NCBI GenBank assembly: GCA_963835575.1
Contig: CAWIGG010000004.1
Span: 576,001-640,000, forward strand
Origin: an uncultured Spirochaetota bacterium
GTDB taxonomy: Bacteria; Spirochaetota; Brevinematia; Brevinematales; JAOACQ01
DNA: 64,000 nt
Direction of reading: 5' to 3'
The position numbers and the translations under genes were made by a program. The first letter of the stretch is position 1. Every line of letters starts with the position of its first letter. The notes below the pieces were generated by a model, which worked only from the letters and a program-made list of their open reading frames with translations, did no database searches and was not told where the DNA came from. Shown piece after piece: positions 1-9,797 of the stretch.

Positions 1-336
1 GCCGAATAGAACGCGGACGGGGAATCCCTTGCCGAAAGGCCCGCGGATGCCGATCTCGTCCCCTACGTCCAGCCGGTGCATGGCGCCGGTAAACTTGCCG
101 ATGGCCCTGACGCAGAGGTCGAATGAGTCCCTCTGGGTCGGCGAGGAAGCGATGGAAATGGGGGCTTCCCCGGCCCCGAAAAGCGACGCCTCGACAAACT
201 GTCCGGGCTCATGGTCAAGGCTTTCGCCGTTAAATAAAGACACTTCGAAAAGTTTTTCCGTTTCCGTCAGTTTTTTTGACTTGATGATCTTCGCGCGCTT
301 GATCTCATAGCCGGAATTATTTATCGTGATCTTCAT
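1..336 (-). CDS. FAD/NAD(P)-binding subunit of sulfhydrogenase/anaerobic sulfite reductase type (HydG/AsrB-like); 3' end runs off the window
   Basis: Not in the ORF track. My translation from ATG 336 gives MKITINNSGYEIKRAKIIKSKKLTETEKLF...PGQFVEASLFGAGEAPISIASSP...IRGPFGKGFP, which carries FNR-family motifs. ATGA overlap with the stop of the upstream gene. Confidence 0.85.
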   Translation of the reverse strand, partial: MKITINNSGYEIKRAKIIKSKKLTETEKLFEVSLFNGESLDHEPGQFVEASLFGAGEAPISIASSPTQRDSFDLCVRAIGKFTGAMHRLDVGDEIGIRGPFGKGFPVRVLFG

Positions 337-1373
337 AAAGCCTGGCACTCCTGATAGAGCTGTTTTATTGTTTCCTTGAGATTAATACAGGCCATGCATG
401 TCCTGCTGCAGCGCCCGCAGCCGGTGCAGAAAAAGTGGTTATACCGGTCGACCGGATATTTAAACTTCCGGTTGAAGCGGTGCCTTTTTCTGTCGCTCCG
501 CTCTTTCCTGAAGCTCTCGCCGCCAGCAATCTTCGCGAAAGGCTCGCTCTGGCATGAATCCCAGACGCGGATGCGCTTGCCTGTCTTCAGGTCGAGGTTC
601 GGCACATCGTCCACGTCAAAACAGTAGCAGGTCGGGCAGACATTGGTGCAGTTCCCGCATGATAGACAGCGGTTCCCGATGTCTGTCCATACTTTGGCCT
701 CAAAGCCCTTGACGAAAAGGTCCGGAATTATACTTCTATCGATCCCGACTTCGTTTTTAAACAGCGTCTTTTTTTTCTGCCGGAGGGCCTCCAGGTCCTT
801 CAGGTGAGACGCCTTTGCTTCTTCGAAAAAACCTATTTTTTTTACGATATCGTCGCCGTCCAGCGTGTGCGCCTGCACGACAAAATAATCCCCCAGGTCG
901 GTAAAGAAAAGGTCATAACCGCCGCTCGGAAGTTGGTTGTCCATCATGGCGCAGTTGGCGAATTCGTCGCAGTATTCATTGCATTCTATCCCGATGAGGG
1001 TGATCTCGTTCCTGCGGATGAGGTAATTCAAATCCTTCGGCCTGTCTGAAAAGATGATATCCAGGCATTGGATCCCCGCCAGGTCGCAGGTATGGACTCC
1101 GAAAAGCACCATTTTGTCGTATTCCACGACAGCCTGCATCTTCTGTCCGACTTTTGTGTCGTATTCAATAAGGGTTTCATGCTGGGGCATAAAGTATTTC
1201 TTGGGGGGAAGTATGGTCGGGATGTGCTTCAGCGATATGTTTTTGGAGTTTTTCACTTCCTCAAAACTATAGCTGTTAAAACCCTTCCGGACCGGGGCCA
1301 CAACCTTCATTTTAGCGGCAAGGGCTGTCACAAAATTGTCCAGGTTAGTTTTCTGCAATATGAGATATTCCAT
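333..1373 (-). CDS. 4Fe-4S dicluster protein, sulfhydrogenase beta / AsrA-like subunit
   Basis: Motifs LFGVHTCDL, CLSCGNCTNVCPTCYCF, WDSC and CTGCGRCSRTC. Confidence 0.85.
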   Translation of the reverse strand: MEYLILQKTNLDNFVTALAAKMKVVAPVRKGFNSYSFEEVKNSKNISLKHIPTILPPKKYFMPQHETLIEYDTKVGQKMQAVVEYDKMVLFGVHTCDLAGIQCLDIIFSDRPKDLNYLIRRNEITLIGIECNEYCDEFANCAMMDNQLPSGGYDLFFTDLGDYFVVQAHTLDGDDIVKKIGFFEEAKASHLKDLEALRQKKKTLFKNEVGIDRSIIPDLFVKGFEAKVWTDIGNRCLSCGNCTNVCPTCYCFDVDDVPNLDLKTGKRIRVWDSCQSEPFAKIAGGESFRKERSDRKRHRFNRKFKYPVDRYNHFFCTGCGRCSRTCMACINLKETIKQLYQECQAL

Positions 1374-1452
1374 AACTTAATTCCTCGGAATTATTTATAA
1401 CATATTCTACGGAAAAGTCAATATGGCAGAGGGATGATGATAAGGATTGTAT

Positions 1453-1600
1453 TCACGCAAAGTCGCAAAGAACACAAAGGACGGGGATAAAGATTTAATA
1501 CTGAAGCTTTTGAACAATTATGGATTTTATAAAAGAATTCTTTTTGTAATATCCGATTGTTCACGCGGATTTTCACGGATTTGGGTGGATTTTGAGGATT
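1453..1600 (+). repeat. Left periodic repeats of cassette 1: a CGCAAAG-type arm (1453-1479) and a CGGAT-type arm (1547-1600)
   Basis: tcacgcaaagtcgcaaagaacacaaag. The 24-mer taatatccgattgttcacgcggat (1547-1570) is identical to 23009-23032. Confidence 0.75.
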
Positions 1601-1763
1601 TAGTTATTATTTAAGATAGTTGGGTCAGTAAAATTATTATTTTAATACAGAGGCGCTGAGAACGGGTAGAATGGTATTTAAGGTGATTTAAAACAGGGCA
1701 AATTAAGGGAAATTTGGTAGTGATTGTAATTTTGTTTGTAATTAGTTTAATGAAAATAAGAAA

Positions 1764-1791
1764 TTGACTTATCAAACCGATATTATATAAT
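1764..1791 (+). promoter_or_regulatory. Sigma70-like promoter; probable leaderless transcript
   Basis: TTGACT-N16-TATAAT ending 6 nt before ATG 1798, with no SD sequence. Confidence 0.55.
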
Positions 1792-1797
1792 AAATGT

Positions 1798-2535
1798 ATG
1801 AAAGATTTAAATATTATTCTTGAAGGTGAAGACATTCGTCTTGAAAAAACAGAACCTAATGATGTTCTTATAATACTATTTAATACAGTAAAACTGATGG
1901 ATTTGATTAAAAATAATTTTGATTACGGTGATTACTATATAACATCTTTGAAAACTGGGTCAATCGCCGCTTCCATATCTTGTCCGCCTGATTATACTGA
2001 AATGCTTTCTTTTATTCAGATGAATATTAAATCGGGATTTGAAAAAATAAAAAATTATCTTGAACCACTTCAAGAAATGAAAAAAATTGCACATAAATAT
2101 AATGCTGTGTTTTCTTTCAAAGAAAACACAAGATCTATTTTATCCATAGACAAAGATTTAGAGTTTTCAAGTATTGATTCTATAATAAATGTGATTCTTT
2201 CTGAATTTGGAATTATTGAGCGAATTGGTGGAGCTGAACCATCCATGGTTTTTAAAAATAGACATTCAGAGAGGTTTTCGATCCCTCTTTCTCAAGAAGA
2301 AGCAGTAAATTACAGTGGTCTTCTTTATAAAGAAGTAAAAGTAAAACTGGCCTGTAAAATGGATTTTACAACTAAAAAAATAATTCAGTGCGGACTTACC
2401 GATTTAACTAAATTAGAAGATAATCAAACCATTGAAAATTTTAATAATATTACTAATTCTATAAAAACAAAAATAAAAGGGATAAAAAATCCCTCCGATT
2501 TTATTCATAATCAGCGCCATGAGGAAGATGAATGA
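1798..2535 (+). CDS. Hypothetical 245-aa protein, putative partner/antitoxin of the PIN gene; C-terminal half is beta-rich, possibly an OB fold
   Basis: AT-rich ORF with ATGA overlap to the PIN gene and an acidic tail (DFIHNQRHEEDE). Confidence 0.6.
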   Translation: MKDLNIILEGEDIRLEKTEPNDVLIILFNTVKLMDLIKNNFDYGDYYITSLKTGSIAASISCPPDYTEMLSFIQMNIKSGFEKIKNYLEPLQEMKKIAHKYNAVFSFKENTRSILSIDKDLEFSSIDSIINVILSEFGIIERIGGAEPSMVFKNRHSERFSIPLSQEEAVNYSGLLYKEVKVKLACKMDFTTKKIIQCGLTDLTKLEDNQTIENFNNITNSIKTKIKGIKNPSDFIHNQRHEEDE

Positions 2536-2999
2536 AAAAATCAGTTATATTTTTAGATACGGATATAATCAGTTATTTTCTCTCTGATGATGAAGGATTG
2601 GATGATGATGCTAAAAAAGCAAAGAAAAATGTTTTTAAAATAATAGAGCATATCATTGAAGAAAAATCCCATAATTTTGCAGTTTCTGCCCTATCATACA
2701 GTGAGTTATCAGTAATTTCAGATATAGAAGAAAGCCTGAATAAAGTTTTTTCTTTTTTTCAGATTGTTGATTATGATTTTCAATGCGCTAATTATTATAC
2801 TAAACTACACAGGCAGTATGATAATAGAAGACTTAAAACTGATAGGATGATTTTAGCAACAGCGGCAAGATATGGAGCCGCTTATTTTATTACCAATAAT
2901 ATAAAAGATTATAGTAATTATGATATCAAACCTACTACAATCCTATCATTAGACCAGGCCATGGAAGTATTTGGATTATCTCAAACCCTTTTTGAATAG
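2532..2999 (+). CDS. PIN-domain (VapC-like) ribonuclease
   Basis: IFLDTD...SYSELS...TDRMILATA...FITNNIKDY acidic catalytic pattern. Confidence 0.85.
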   Translation: MKKSVIFLDTDIISYFLSDDEGLDDDAKKAKKNVFKIIEHIIEEKSHNFAVSALSYSELSVISDIEESLNKVFSFFQIVDYDFQCANYYTKLHRQYDNRRLKTDRMILATAARYGAAYFITNNIKDYSNYDIKPTTILSLDQAMEVFGLSQTLFE

Positions 3000-3200
3000 G
3001 GTTACAAAAATAGTTTACTTTACTACATCGACAAGCTAGATAAAAATAAACGCAAATCATGTCTATGTTTTAATTAATAAGGAAAATAGCTCAAATTAGA
3101 TATTCTTATACACCGGACGTAGCCCCAAAACTCCTTCCACAAACGTTCTATAACATTTTCTACATCAAGAAATAGTTAAAGGCAGCTTCCAATAATGTGA

Positions 3201-3282
3201 AATCCTATTAAATCCGTCTTAATCTGTGCAAATCAGTTCTTCAACAACAGTGCCGTTCGATACATAAATGGCTTTGCGGTCT
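3201..3282 (-). repeat. Right periodic repeats of cassette 1, inverted relative to 1453-1600
   Basis: aatcctatta-aatccgtctt-aatctgtgca-aatcagtt (10-bp period), plus a truncated ctttgcggtct at 3272-3282. Confidence 0.6.
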
Positions 3283-3302
3283 GATTAATTATAAGGCTTT
3301 TG

Positions 3303-4550
3303 TTATCGGTTCAATTCCAAAAACTTTTTAGCATAATTCCGGATAATAGCTTTTGTGCCGGCGTCGGTATCATAAACGCTGTACCAGCCCTGGTTTTCGT
3401 GCGGCGGGTCTCCAATCCACGGATCGCCGGCCTTCCAAATTTTACCGGAAGCCGGGTTTGCCCTTCCTTCGCCTCCCCAGGCCCAAAAGTTTACGCCGCA
3501 AGCCTTTAATCCTTGTACTGCGGCCTTATAGACCTTATCAAATACTGATTCATAAAACTTATCCCTGGTAGTGGTCAGTGAAGATGGGTCCAGGCTGTTG
3601 CCTTCTCTGGCCAACCCAAATTCCTCAAGTACCAAGGGCTTGCCGAGTTCATCGGCCTTCTTGATGTGGTCTTCTATATACGAAAGTCCTTTGTTTAGAC
3701 CGGTAATATAGCTGGCCGGAACGGCGGGATCATACAAACCCCAATTTTGTATCCAAAGATGGGCCGTCATATAGTCAATCGCGGCATAAGAATGGTTCAA
3801 TTTAAAATCCAGCCCGCAGAATCCAGGGTCAAGGGTTTCTCCCTCACAGCCCGTGGCAACAAGGTGGTTTGCATCCAGGTCTTTAATGGCTTTCGATGTT
3901 TCATCAAGCCAATTGTTAAATTCAAGGGTATGCTTTATTCCTCTCGGCTCATTAGCGAGCTGCCAGGACATGATCGCCGGATCATCCTTGTAAAATAAAC
4001 CTGTGTAAGGATTTTTACGATTGATGATGAACCGGATATGGTCCAGAAACCATTGTTTCGCTTGAGCAGATTTATAAAACCTGGAAACATAATGCTGAAA
4101 TTTGTTCCAATCCCTGCTGTCACAGGGATAGGGAATGGTAGTGCCTTCAGCCCAGGCGACATACTGTGCCATGCCTCCCGACCATTCCCAGAAGTTGTTC
4201 AGACACATAACGGCCGTCATTCCCCGCTGGTTCATCTCGGAAAGAAGGTAATCCAAACCATCCAGAACATCGGGATTGTATTTACCCGGCGCCGTCTGCA
4301 ATGAGGGCGCCATACGCCATGGCTCAGTGTCTGGTCCCTCTGATCCGGCCATAATACGAAGGTTCATAACGGCTAAAGATTTTAAATGGTCAAGTTCCCG
4401 GATGAGCCTGGCCCGGTCTCCGCCGGGGCCTTTTGAACCAAGGTTAATGCCGTACCAAAAATTAGTTCCCAGATAATAATAGGATTTACCGTTGCGAACA
4501 AACCGTTCGTTTTCAATCTCTACAAACATTTTTTGATCCATTATGCTCAA
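3303..4550 (-). CDS. GH5 beta-mannanase/mannosidase
   Basis: WQLANEPR acid/base motif, LVLEEFG nucleophile, NFWAWGG and GDPPHE motifs. Confidence 0.9.
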   Translation of the reverse strand: MSIMDQKMFVEIENERFVRNGKSYYYLGTNFWYGINLGSKGPGGDRARLIRELDHLKSLAVMNLRIMAGSEGPDTEPWRMAPSLQTAPGKYNPDVLDGLDYLLSEMNQRGMTAVMCLNNFWEWSGGMAQYVAWAEGTTIPYPCDSRDWNKFQHYVSRFYKSAQAKQWFLDHIRFIINRKNPYTGLFYKDDPAIMSWQLANEPRGIKHTLEFNNWLDETSKAIKDLDANHLVATGCEGETLDPGFCGLDFKLNHSYAAIDYMTAHLWIQNWGLYDPAVPASYITGLNKGLSYIEDHIKKADELGKPLVLEEFGLAREGNSLDPSSLTTTRDKFYESVFDKVYKAAVQGLKACGVNFWAWGGEGRANPASGKIWKAGDPWIGDPPHENQGWYSVYDTDAGTKAIIRNYAKKFLELNR

Positions 4551-4571
4551 GGTTTACTCCCCTTCCGCGGC

Positions 4572-5858
4572 TTACTTAAAACACTTTTCTATCTCATTCA
4601 ATGCCTTCACGCTGCAGAATTCCCCGCACATCGTGCAGAACTCTTTCGCCCCCGCGCCGCTTTCCGCCCTTTTCCGGCGGGCGTTTTCAGGGTCGACGGA
4701 CAGCCGGCACATGGTTTCCCAGTCCAGTTTTTTCCGGGCCTGTGACATTTCATTGTCGATATTTCGGTATTTCGCGCCGTATTTCACCATATCGGCTGCG
4801 TGGGCGGCGATGCGCGAGGCGATGACGCCCTGTTTGACATCGTCGGCGGTCGGCAGGGAGAGATGTTCGGCCGGCGTGACATAACAGAGGAAATCCGCGC
4901 CGGCGGAAGCGGCCAGCGCCCCGCCGATGGCCCCGGCTATATGGTCGTAGCCGGAGGCGATGTCCGTCACGAGCGGGCCTAATATATAGAAGGGTGCGCC
5001 GTCGCAGAGGGCTTTTTCCATCTGCATATTGGAAACAACCTGGTCCAGGGGCACATGACCCGGTCCTTCGATCATCACCTGAACGCCGGCCTCCCGCGCC
5101 CTGCGGGCCAGTTGGCCGAGCGTGATGAGTTCCTCTATCTGGGCGCTGTCGGAAGCGTCGGCTGTGGCGCCGGGACGCATACCATCGCCCAGGCTGACTG
5201 TCATATCGAAGCGGCGGCAAATCTCCAGTATTTTATCAAAATGGGAATAAAGCGGGTTTTCCTCATGGTTGTGCTCCATCCAGAGGCAGAGCATGGAGCC
5301 GCCCCGGCTGACAACGTCCAGAATACGGCTTCTTTTTTTGATATAATCCCAGGCTTTTAAAGTTACGCCGGAGTGGATGGTGACAAAATCAACTCCTTCC
5401 TTCCCCTGGGATTCAAGTACGGATAAAAAATCCTCAATTGTGAGTTCCTGGATTTTCTTTTTCTTCCGCGACAGCTCGAAACCGGCCTGGTAAATGGGAA
5501 CAGTCCCGATGGGGACTGCCGCTTTTTCGAGTATTTTATTTCTGACCTCGTTTAGTATAGCGCCCAGGCTCAGGTCCATCACAGTATCCGCGCCGTATTT
5601 TTCTGAAACGGCCAGTTTATTCAGTTCTTCGTTTAAATCCATTTTTTCCGGCGATGTGCCGATGTTCGCGTTTATTTTTGTCCGCAGGCCGGCGCCGACT
5701 CCGACAGGTTTGACTGAATGGCCTGTGTTTTTTAATATGACGGCTTTTCCGAGCGCAATATTTTCGAGAAGAGTTTCCGGGGAGACTTTTTCCTCCGCGG
5801 CAATTGTTTTCATTTCCGGCGTCAGAATTCCTTTCCTTGCCGATTCTATCTGGGTCAT
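4572..5858 (-). CDS. thiC: Phosphomethylpyrimidine synthase
   Basis: TKINANIGTS, VSRGGS, SLGDGMRPG, EGPGHVP, YVTPAEHL and CTMCGEFC motifs. Confidence 0.97.
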   Translation of the reverse strand: MTQIESARKGILTPEMKTIAAEEKVSPETLLENIALGKAVILKNTGHSVKPVGVGAGLRTKINANIGTSPEKMDLNEELNKLAVSEKYGADTVMDLSLGAILNEVRNKILEKAAVPIGTVPIYQAGFELSRKKKKIQELTIEDFLSVLESQGKEGVDFVTIHSGVTLKAWDYIKKRSRILDVVSRGGSMLCLWMEHNHEENPLYSHFDKILEICRRFDMTVSLGDGMRPGATADASDSAQIEELITLGQLARRAREAGVQVMIEGPGHVPLDQVVSNMQMEKALCDGAPFYILGPLVTDIASGYDHIAGAIGGALAASAGADFLCYVTPAEHLSLPTADDVKQGVIASRIAAHAADMVKYGAKYRNIDNEMSQARKKLDWETMCRLSVDPENARRKRAESGAGAKEFCTMCGEFCSVKALNEIEKCFK

Positions 5859-5904
5859 ATCTTATCTCCTGTTTTAAGTTTGTCGAAATATAACGATTAA
5901 ATCT

Positions 5905-6078
5905 TCCGCGAAGTCACGCTAATACACACTAATAATCCCTGTTTTTTTAAATTTATTTCCAATTTATTAATCTTTAGTGGAAATCAACTAAATTTAAATG
6001 AATATATTAATTCAACCCGGAGAATCGCAAATAAAATCCTTTTTCCCTATTTCGCGTATATTCGCGTGAATTAGCGGA
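5905..6078. repeat. Empty pair of 10-bp-periodic inverted repeats (5905-5933 / 6049-6078)
   Basis: tccgcgaagtcacgctaatacacactaat versus the reverse complement tccgctaattcacgcgaatatacgcgaaat, around an AT-rich spacer. Confidence 0.7.
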
Positions 6079-6102
6079 TTATCTGTTCCCAGTATTTTGC
6101 CC

Positions 6103-6906
6103 TCAGTTTCTGATTAAGTAATGCGGCAAAGCGCCGTTCCCTTTTCCTATTTTATGCCTGGCCGCGAGCTTAATCAATTGAAACACATAATCAACGGCAA
6201 GATATACGGCCCTTTTTATTTTTTCGCCGCGCGCCAGATAAGCGGTTATGGCGGAGGAAAGCGTACAGCCTGTTCCGTGGGTATTGACTGTCTTAATGCG
6301 GGGATGCGGAAAATTATAATTATTAATTGCTTTCCCTTCTTTAATAAGAAGCGTATCTGTAACAGTCTTTTCTTCTTCCTCAATATGCCCGCCTTTAACC
6401 AGTAATGCTCTGAGATGATCATATTTTTCCAACAGGGCCTGACCGGCTTCCAGGGGATTTTTATATTTCATATCAGTTAATCTCATCAGTTCATGATAAT
6501 TAGGCGTCAGGATAGTGGATTGAGCTATAATATGCTTTTTTAACGCCTCGACGGCCTTGTCTTGAAGAAGGGGCTTGCCGCTTTTTGAGACCATCACCGG
6601 GTCGCAGATTATAAAATAGCCCTTGACGGCTTTTCCGGCAGCTTCCGCAGTCTCGGCGTTCCCCAGCATGCCTGTTTTTATATAGGAGATGTCAATGTCT
6701 TCCAGGACCGTTTGAATCTGTTCCTTTACAAATTGAGGCGGGAGATATAATACATCTTTCACATTCCGCGTGTTCTGGACCGTCAGGCCGGTGATGACGG
6801 CGCTTCCGTAAACACCAAGCGATGTAAAGGTTTTTAAATCGGCCTGAATGCCGGCCCCTCCGGAGGGGTCCGAGCCGGCGATGGCCAGGACTTTTTTATA
6901 TTTCAT
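6103..6906 (-). CDS. thiD: Hydroxymethylpyrimidine/phosphomethylpyrimidine kinase
   Basis: IAGSDPSGGAGIQADLKT, DPVMVSKSG and HGTGCTLSSA motifs. Confidence 0.96.
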   Translation of the reverse strand: MKYKKVLAIAGSDPSGGAGIQADLKTFTSLGVYGSAVITGLTVQNTRNVKDVLYLPPQFVKEQIQTVLEDIDISYIKTGMLGNAETAEAAGKAVKGYFIICDPVMVSKSGKPLLQDKAVEALKKHIIAQSTILTPNYHELMRLTDMKYKNPLEAGQALLEKYDHLRALLVKGGHIEEEEKTVTDTLLIKEGKAINNYNFPHPRIKTVNTHGTGCTLSSAITAYLARGEKIKRAVYLAVDYVFQLIKLAARHKIGKGNGALPHYLIRN

Positions 6907-6916
6907 TAAAATAAAC

Positions 6917-7900
6917 CTATTTCGTAAAAATGATCTCCGAATCAGGCCCGACGTTAAATTCCTTGGGCGACTCGGATAAATAAGAATTATCGCCGATTAG
7001 AGAGCTGTCCAGAATCGTATTTTCGACTATTGTTTCGATGCCGATGATGGAATTGGTGATCACGGCGTTCTTGACGCATGAACCCTCGGAGATAGAGACA
7101 TACGGGCCTATGATCGAATTCTCTATTGTTGTGTCATTTCCTATAAAAACCGGCGGGACAATAATACTGCCGGGGATCTTATCATTCGTTGCGTGCCTCT
7201 CCAGCATGATTTTATTTGTCTGGAGAAGGGTTTCTTTTTCCCCGCAGTCGTACCATTCCGGGACATTAAAGACCTTGAATTTATCACCCCTGTACATCAT
7301 TGTTTTCATGGCGTCAGTCAGCTGGTACTCATCGCGGGTCTTGATTTTTTCATCTATGATATGCTTTATGGAATCAAAAAGCTTGTAAGCGCTTGTGAAA
7401 TAATAAATACCGGCTATCGCCAGGTTGCTCGGCGGCGTTTCAGGCTTTTCTATCATGTTTGTGACATATCCGTTCTTGTCAACCATGACAATGCCGTATT
7501 TACGGGGATCGTCCGGTGTCATGGTGCCGATCATATTGGTTTCCGAATTAATAATGCCGCCGATATCGGCGGAGAATATAATATCGCCGAGGAGGATCAG
7601 CACCGGCTCATCCTGAGTAAATTCGCCTTTAGCCTGGTCTATGGCATGCCCCAGCCCATTATAATCCGTCTGGCGTATGAATTTCATGGGGCTGTGATAG
7701 GTTGCCCGGAGATAGCTTTTTATCTGGTCGCCCAGGTGGCCGATGATAAAAATTATTTCTGAAAAATCAATGTTCTGCACCTGTTCCATGATGTAACCGA
7801 TGATCGGTTTGCCGGCAACACGGATAAGAGACTTCGGGATCACATGGGTGTGAGGCCTGAGCCTTGTCCCTTTTCCGGCTATCGGCATGATGATTTTCAT
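6917..7900 (-). CDS. Sugar-phosphate nucleotidyltransferase (long-form glucose-1-P thymidylyltransferase-like)
   Basis: AGKGTRLRP...PK motif, EYQLTDA, and a C-terminal hexapeptide-like region. Confidence 0.85.
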   Translation of the reverse strand: MKIIMPIAGKGTRLRPHTHVIPKSLIRVAGKPIIGYIMEQVQNIDFSEIIFIIGHLGDQIKSYLRATYHSPMKFIRQTDYNGLGHAIDQAKGEFTQDEPVLILLGDIIFSADIGGIINSETNMIGTMTPDDPRKYGIVMVDKNGYVTNMIEKPETPPSNLAIAGIYYFTSAYKLFDSIKHIIDEKIKTRDEYQLTDAMKTMMYRGDKFKVFNVPEWYDCGEKETLLQTNKIMLERHATNDKIPGSIIVPPVFIGNDTTIENSIIGPYVSISEGSCVKNAVITNSIIGIETIVENTILDSSLIGDNSYLSESPKEFNVGPDSEIIFTK

Positions 7901-8095
7901 TCTGTTCCTCCGTTGTTTCTGACAGGTTTATTATAATTAAAAAAAGGGGAGATGTAAACAGAATAACCCTGTTGTTTTCAAAATCCGGGAAATGACGCCG
8001 CAATGGCAAAAAAAAGTAATTCAATTGAGTTGACGAAAACCCCGCCGCCCTTTAAAATAAATATCTTTTTTTTTTAAGTACCCATGAGAGGATTT

Positions 8096-9784
8096 ATGGA
8101 CGAGAACAAGGTTATTACGATACAATCAGATAAAACCATCCTGCTTGACACGCATCATCCTCAATTTGAAGAAGTTAGAAAAAAGCTGGTCAATTTTTCA
8201 GAGCTTGTCAAGACGCCCGAGCACATTCATTTTTACCGTATTACGCCCATTTCTCTCTGGAATTCCGCCGCTAACGGCGTTCCGCTCGATGATATTCTGA
8301 ATACTCTGGACATCTATAAAAAATATGATATACCCAGGAATGTTTTTGAATATGTCAAACGGCATTACACGATTTACGGTAAAATTTTATTTGAAAGTGT
8401 TGATAATGAAAAGATGATGATCCGCATTGAAGAAGATAAAATTTTTGAAAGGGTCAAAAGCCTGATTGAGAAATACATCATTGAGGAAAAAGCGGATAGG
8501 GTCCTGATCGTCGAGAAGAAATGGCGCGGCAGCATCAAGACGGAACTGATCAAGCATCTGATGCCCGTAAAGGACGTGGCCGGTTTTGACAGCGGCAATA
8601 AGATGGAATTTGATCTCAGAAAGCAGAGCCTTGAAGAAAAGGATTTTGCCATGAGGTATTATCAATCGGAAGCGGTTTACAGTTTTTCAAAATGGAAGGA
8701 AGGCAGCGGCATCATAGTACTCCCATGCGGCGCGGGGAAAACGATAGTCGGTATCGGGATTATGCGCGATATCAGCGAATATACCCTGATTATCACGACC
8801 AGCGTCGAAGCCATCAGGCAGTGGAAAAGGGAGATCCTCGATAAAACGTCGCTTTCGGAGGATGATGTCGGCGAATTTACAGCCCAGGTCAAGGATATCA
8901 AACCGGTCACCATTACAACCTATAATATGCTGATCCATAAGAGCAATAAAAGCGAGGAGATGCGCAACATCAATATCTTTACAGATAAAAACTGGGGTCT
9001 CATCATTTATGACGAGGTCCATATCCTTCCGGCGCCGATTTTCCGTATGACAACCATCATACAGAGTAAGCGCAGGCTCGGCCTGACGGCCACTCTGGTG
9101 CGTGAGGATAACCTGGAAAGCGAAGTCTTTACCCTGATCGGGCCCAAGATTTATGAATATCCATGGAAGGCCCTTGAAAAAGAGGGCTGGATAGCGCAGG
9201 CCATCTGTTATGAGATTAAAGTCCCTCTCAGCGAAAAGGATTATAATGAATATATCAATTCCAATCAGCGGTATAAGTTCCGCATAGCTTCCGAGAATTT
9301 ACGTAAGGATATTATTGTTAAAAAGCTGATGGAAAAATATAAAGACAACCATATTCTGATCATCGGGCATTATATATCCCAGCTTGAACAGTTATCGAGG
9401 ATGCTTAAAATCCCTCTGATCACCGGCGAAACCCCGAACCAGGACCGGGAAAAGATGTACAGGGATTTCCGAAAGGGTAATATTCCCGCGCTGGCCATTT
9501 CGAGAGTGGGTAATTTTTCCATAGACCTTCCTGTCGCGGATGTGGCCATCCAGGTTTCGGGAATATTCGGTTCAAGGCAGGAGGAAGCCCAGAGGCTCGG
9601 CAGGATACTGCGGCCGCAGGTCGGGAAATCCTATTTTTATACCCTGGTATCAAAGGATACTCTCGAAGAAGAATTTGCGAAAAAAAGGCAGATGTTCCTT
9701 CTGGAACAGGGATATCAATATAACATTATAAACACAAGCGAAAGGGACCATCTGACGGAATTAAAGGAAATGGCTTTCGGATAA
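8096..9784 (+). CDS. XPB/Ssl2-like DNA repair helicase
   Basis: N-terminal helicase-associated domain (KTPEHIHFYRITPISLWNSA), LPCGAGKT, DEVH, LGLTATLVRED and QRLGRILR. Start chosen at the ATG after GAGG. Confidence 0.92.
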   Translation: MDENKVITIQSDKTILLDTHHPQFEEVRKKLVNFSELVKTPEHIHFYRITPISLWNSAANGVPLDDILNTLDIYKKYDIPRNVFEYVKRHYTIYGKILFESVDNEKMMIRIEEDKIFERVKSLIEKYIIEEKADRVLIVEKKWRGSIKTELIKHLMPVKDVAGFDSGNKMEFDLRKQSLEEKDFAMRYYQSEAVYSFSKWKEGSGIIVLPCGAGKTIVGIGIMRDISEYTLIITTSVEAIRQWKREILDKTSLSEDDVGEFTAQVKDIKPVTITTYNMLIHKSNKSEEMRNINIFTDKNWGLIIYDEVHILPAPIFRMTTIIQSKRRLGLTATLVREDNLESEVFTLIGPKIYEYPWKALEKEGWIAQAICYEIKVPLSEKDYNEYINSNQRYKFRIASENLRKDIIVKKLMEKYKDNHILIIGHYISQLEQLSRMLKIPLITGETPNQDREKMYRDFRKGNIPALAISRVGNFSIDLPVADVAIQVSGIFGSRQEEAQRLGRILRPQVGKSYFYTLVSKDTLEEEFAKKRQMFLLEQGYQYNIINTSERDHLTELKEMAFG

Positions 9785-9797
9785 AGGGGGACATGCT

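Noticed and set aside
5859..6102. TPP riboswitch upstream of thiC
   Set aside because: No recognisable TPP aptamer core on the minus strand; the gap is occupied by an inverted repeat pair.
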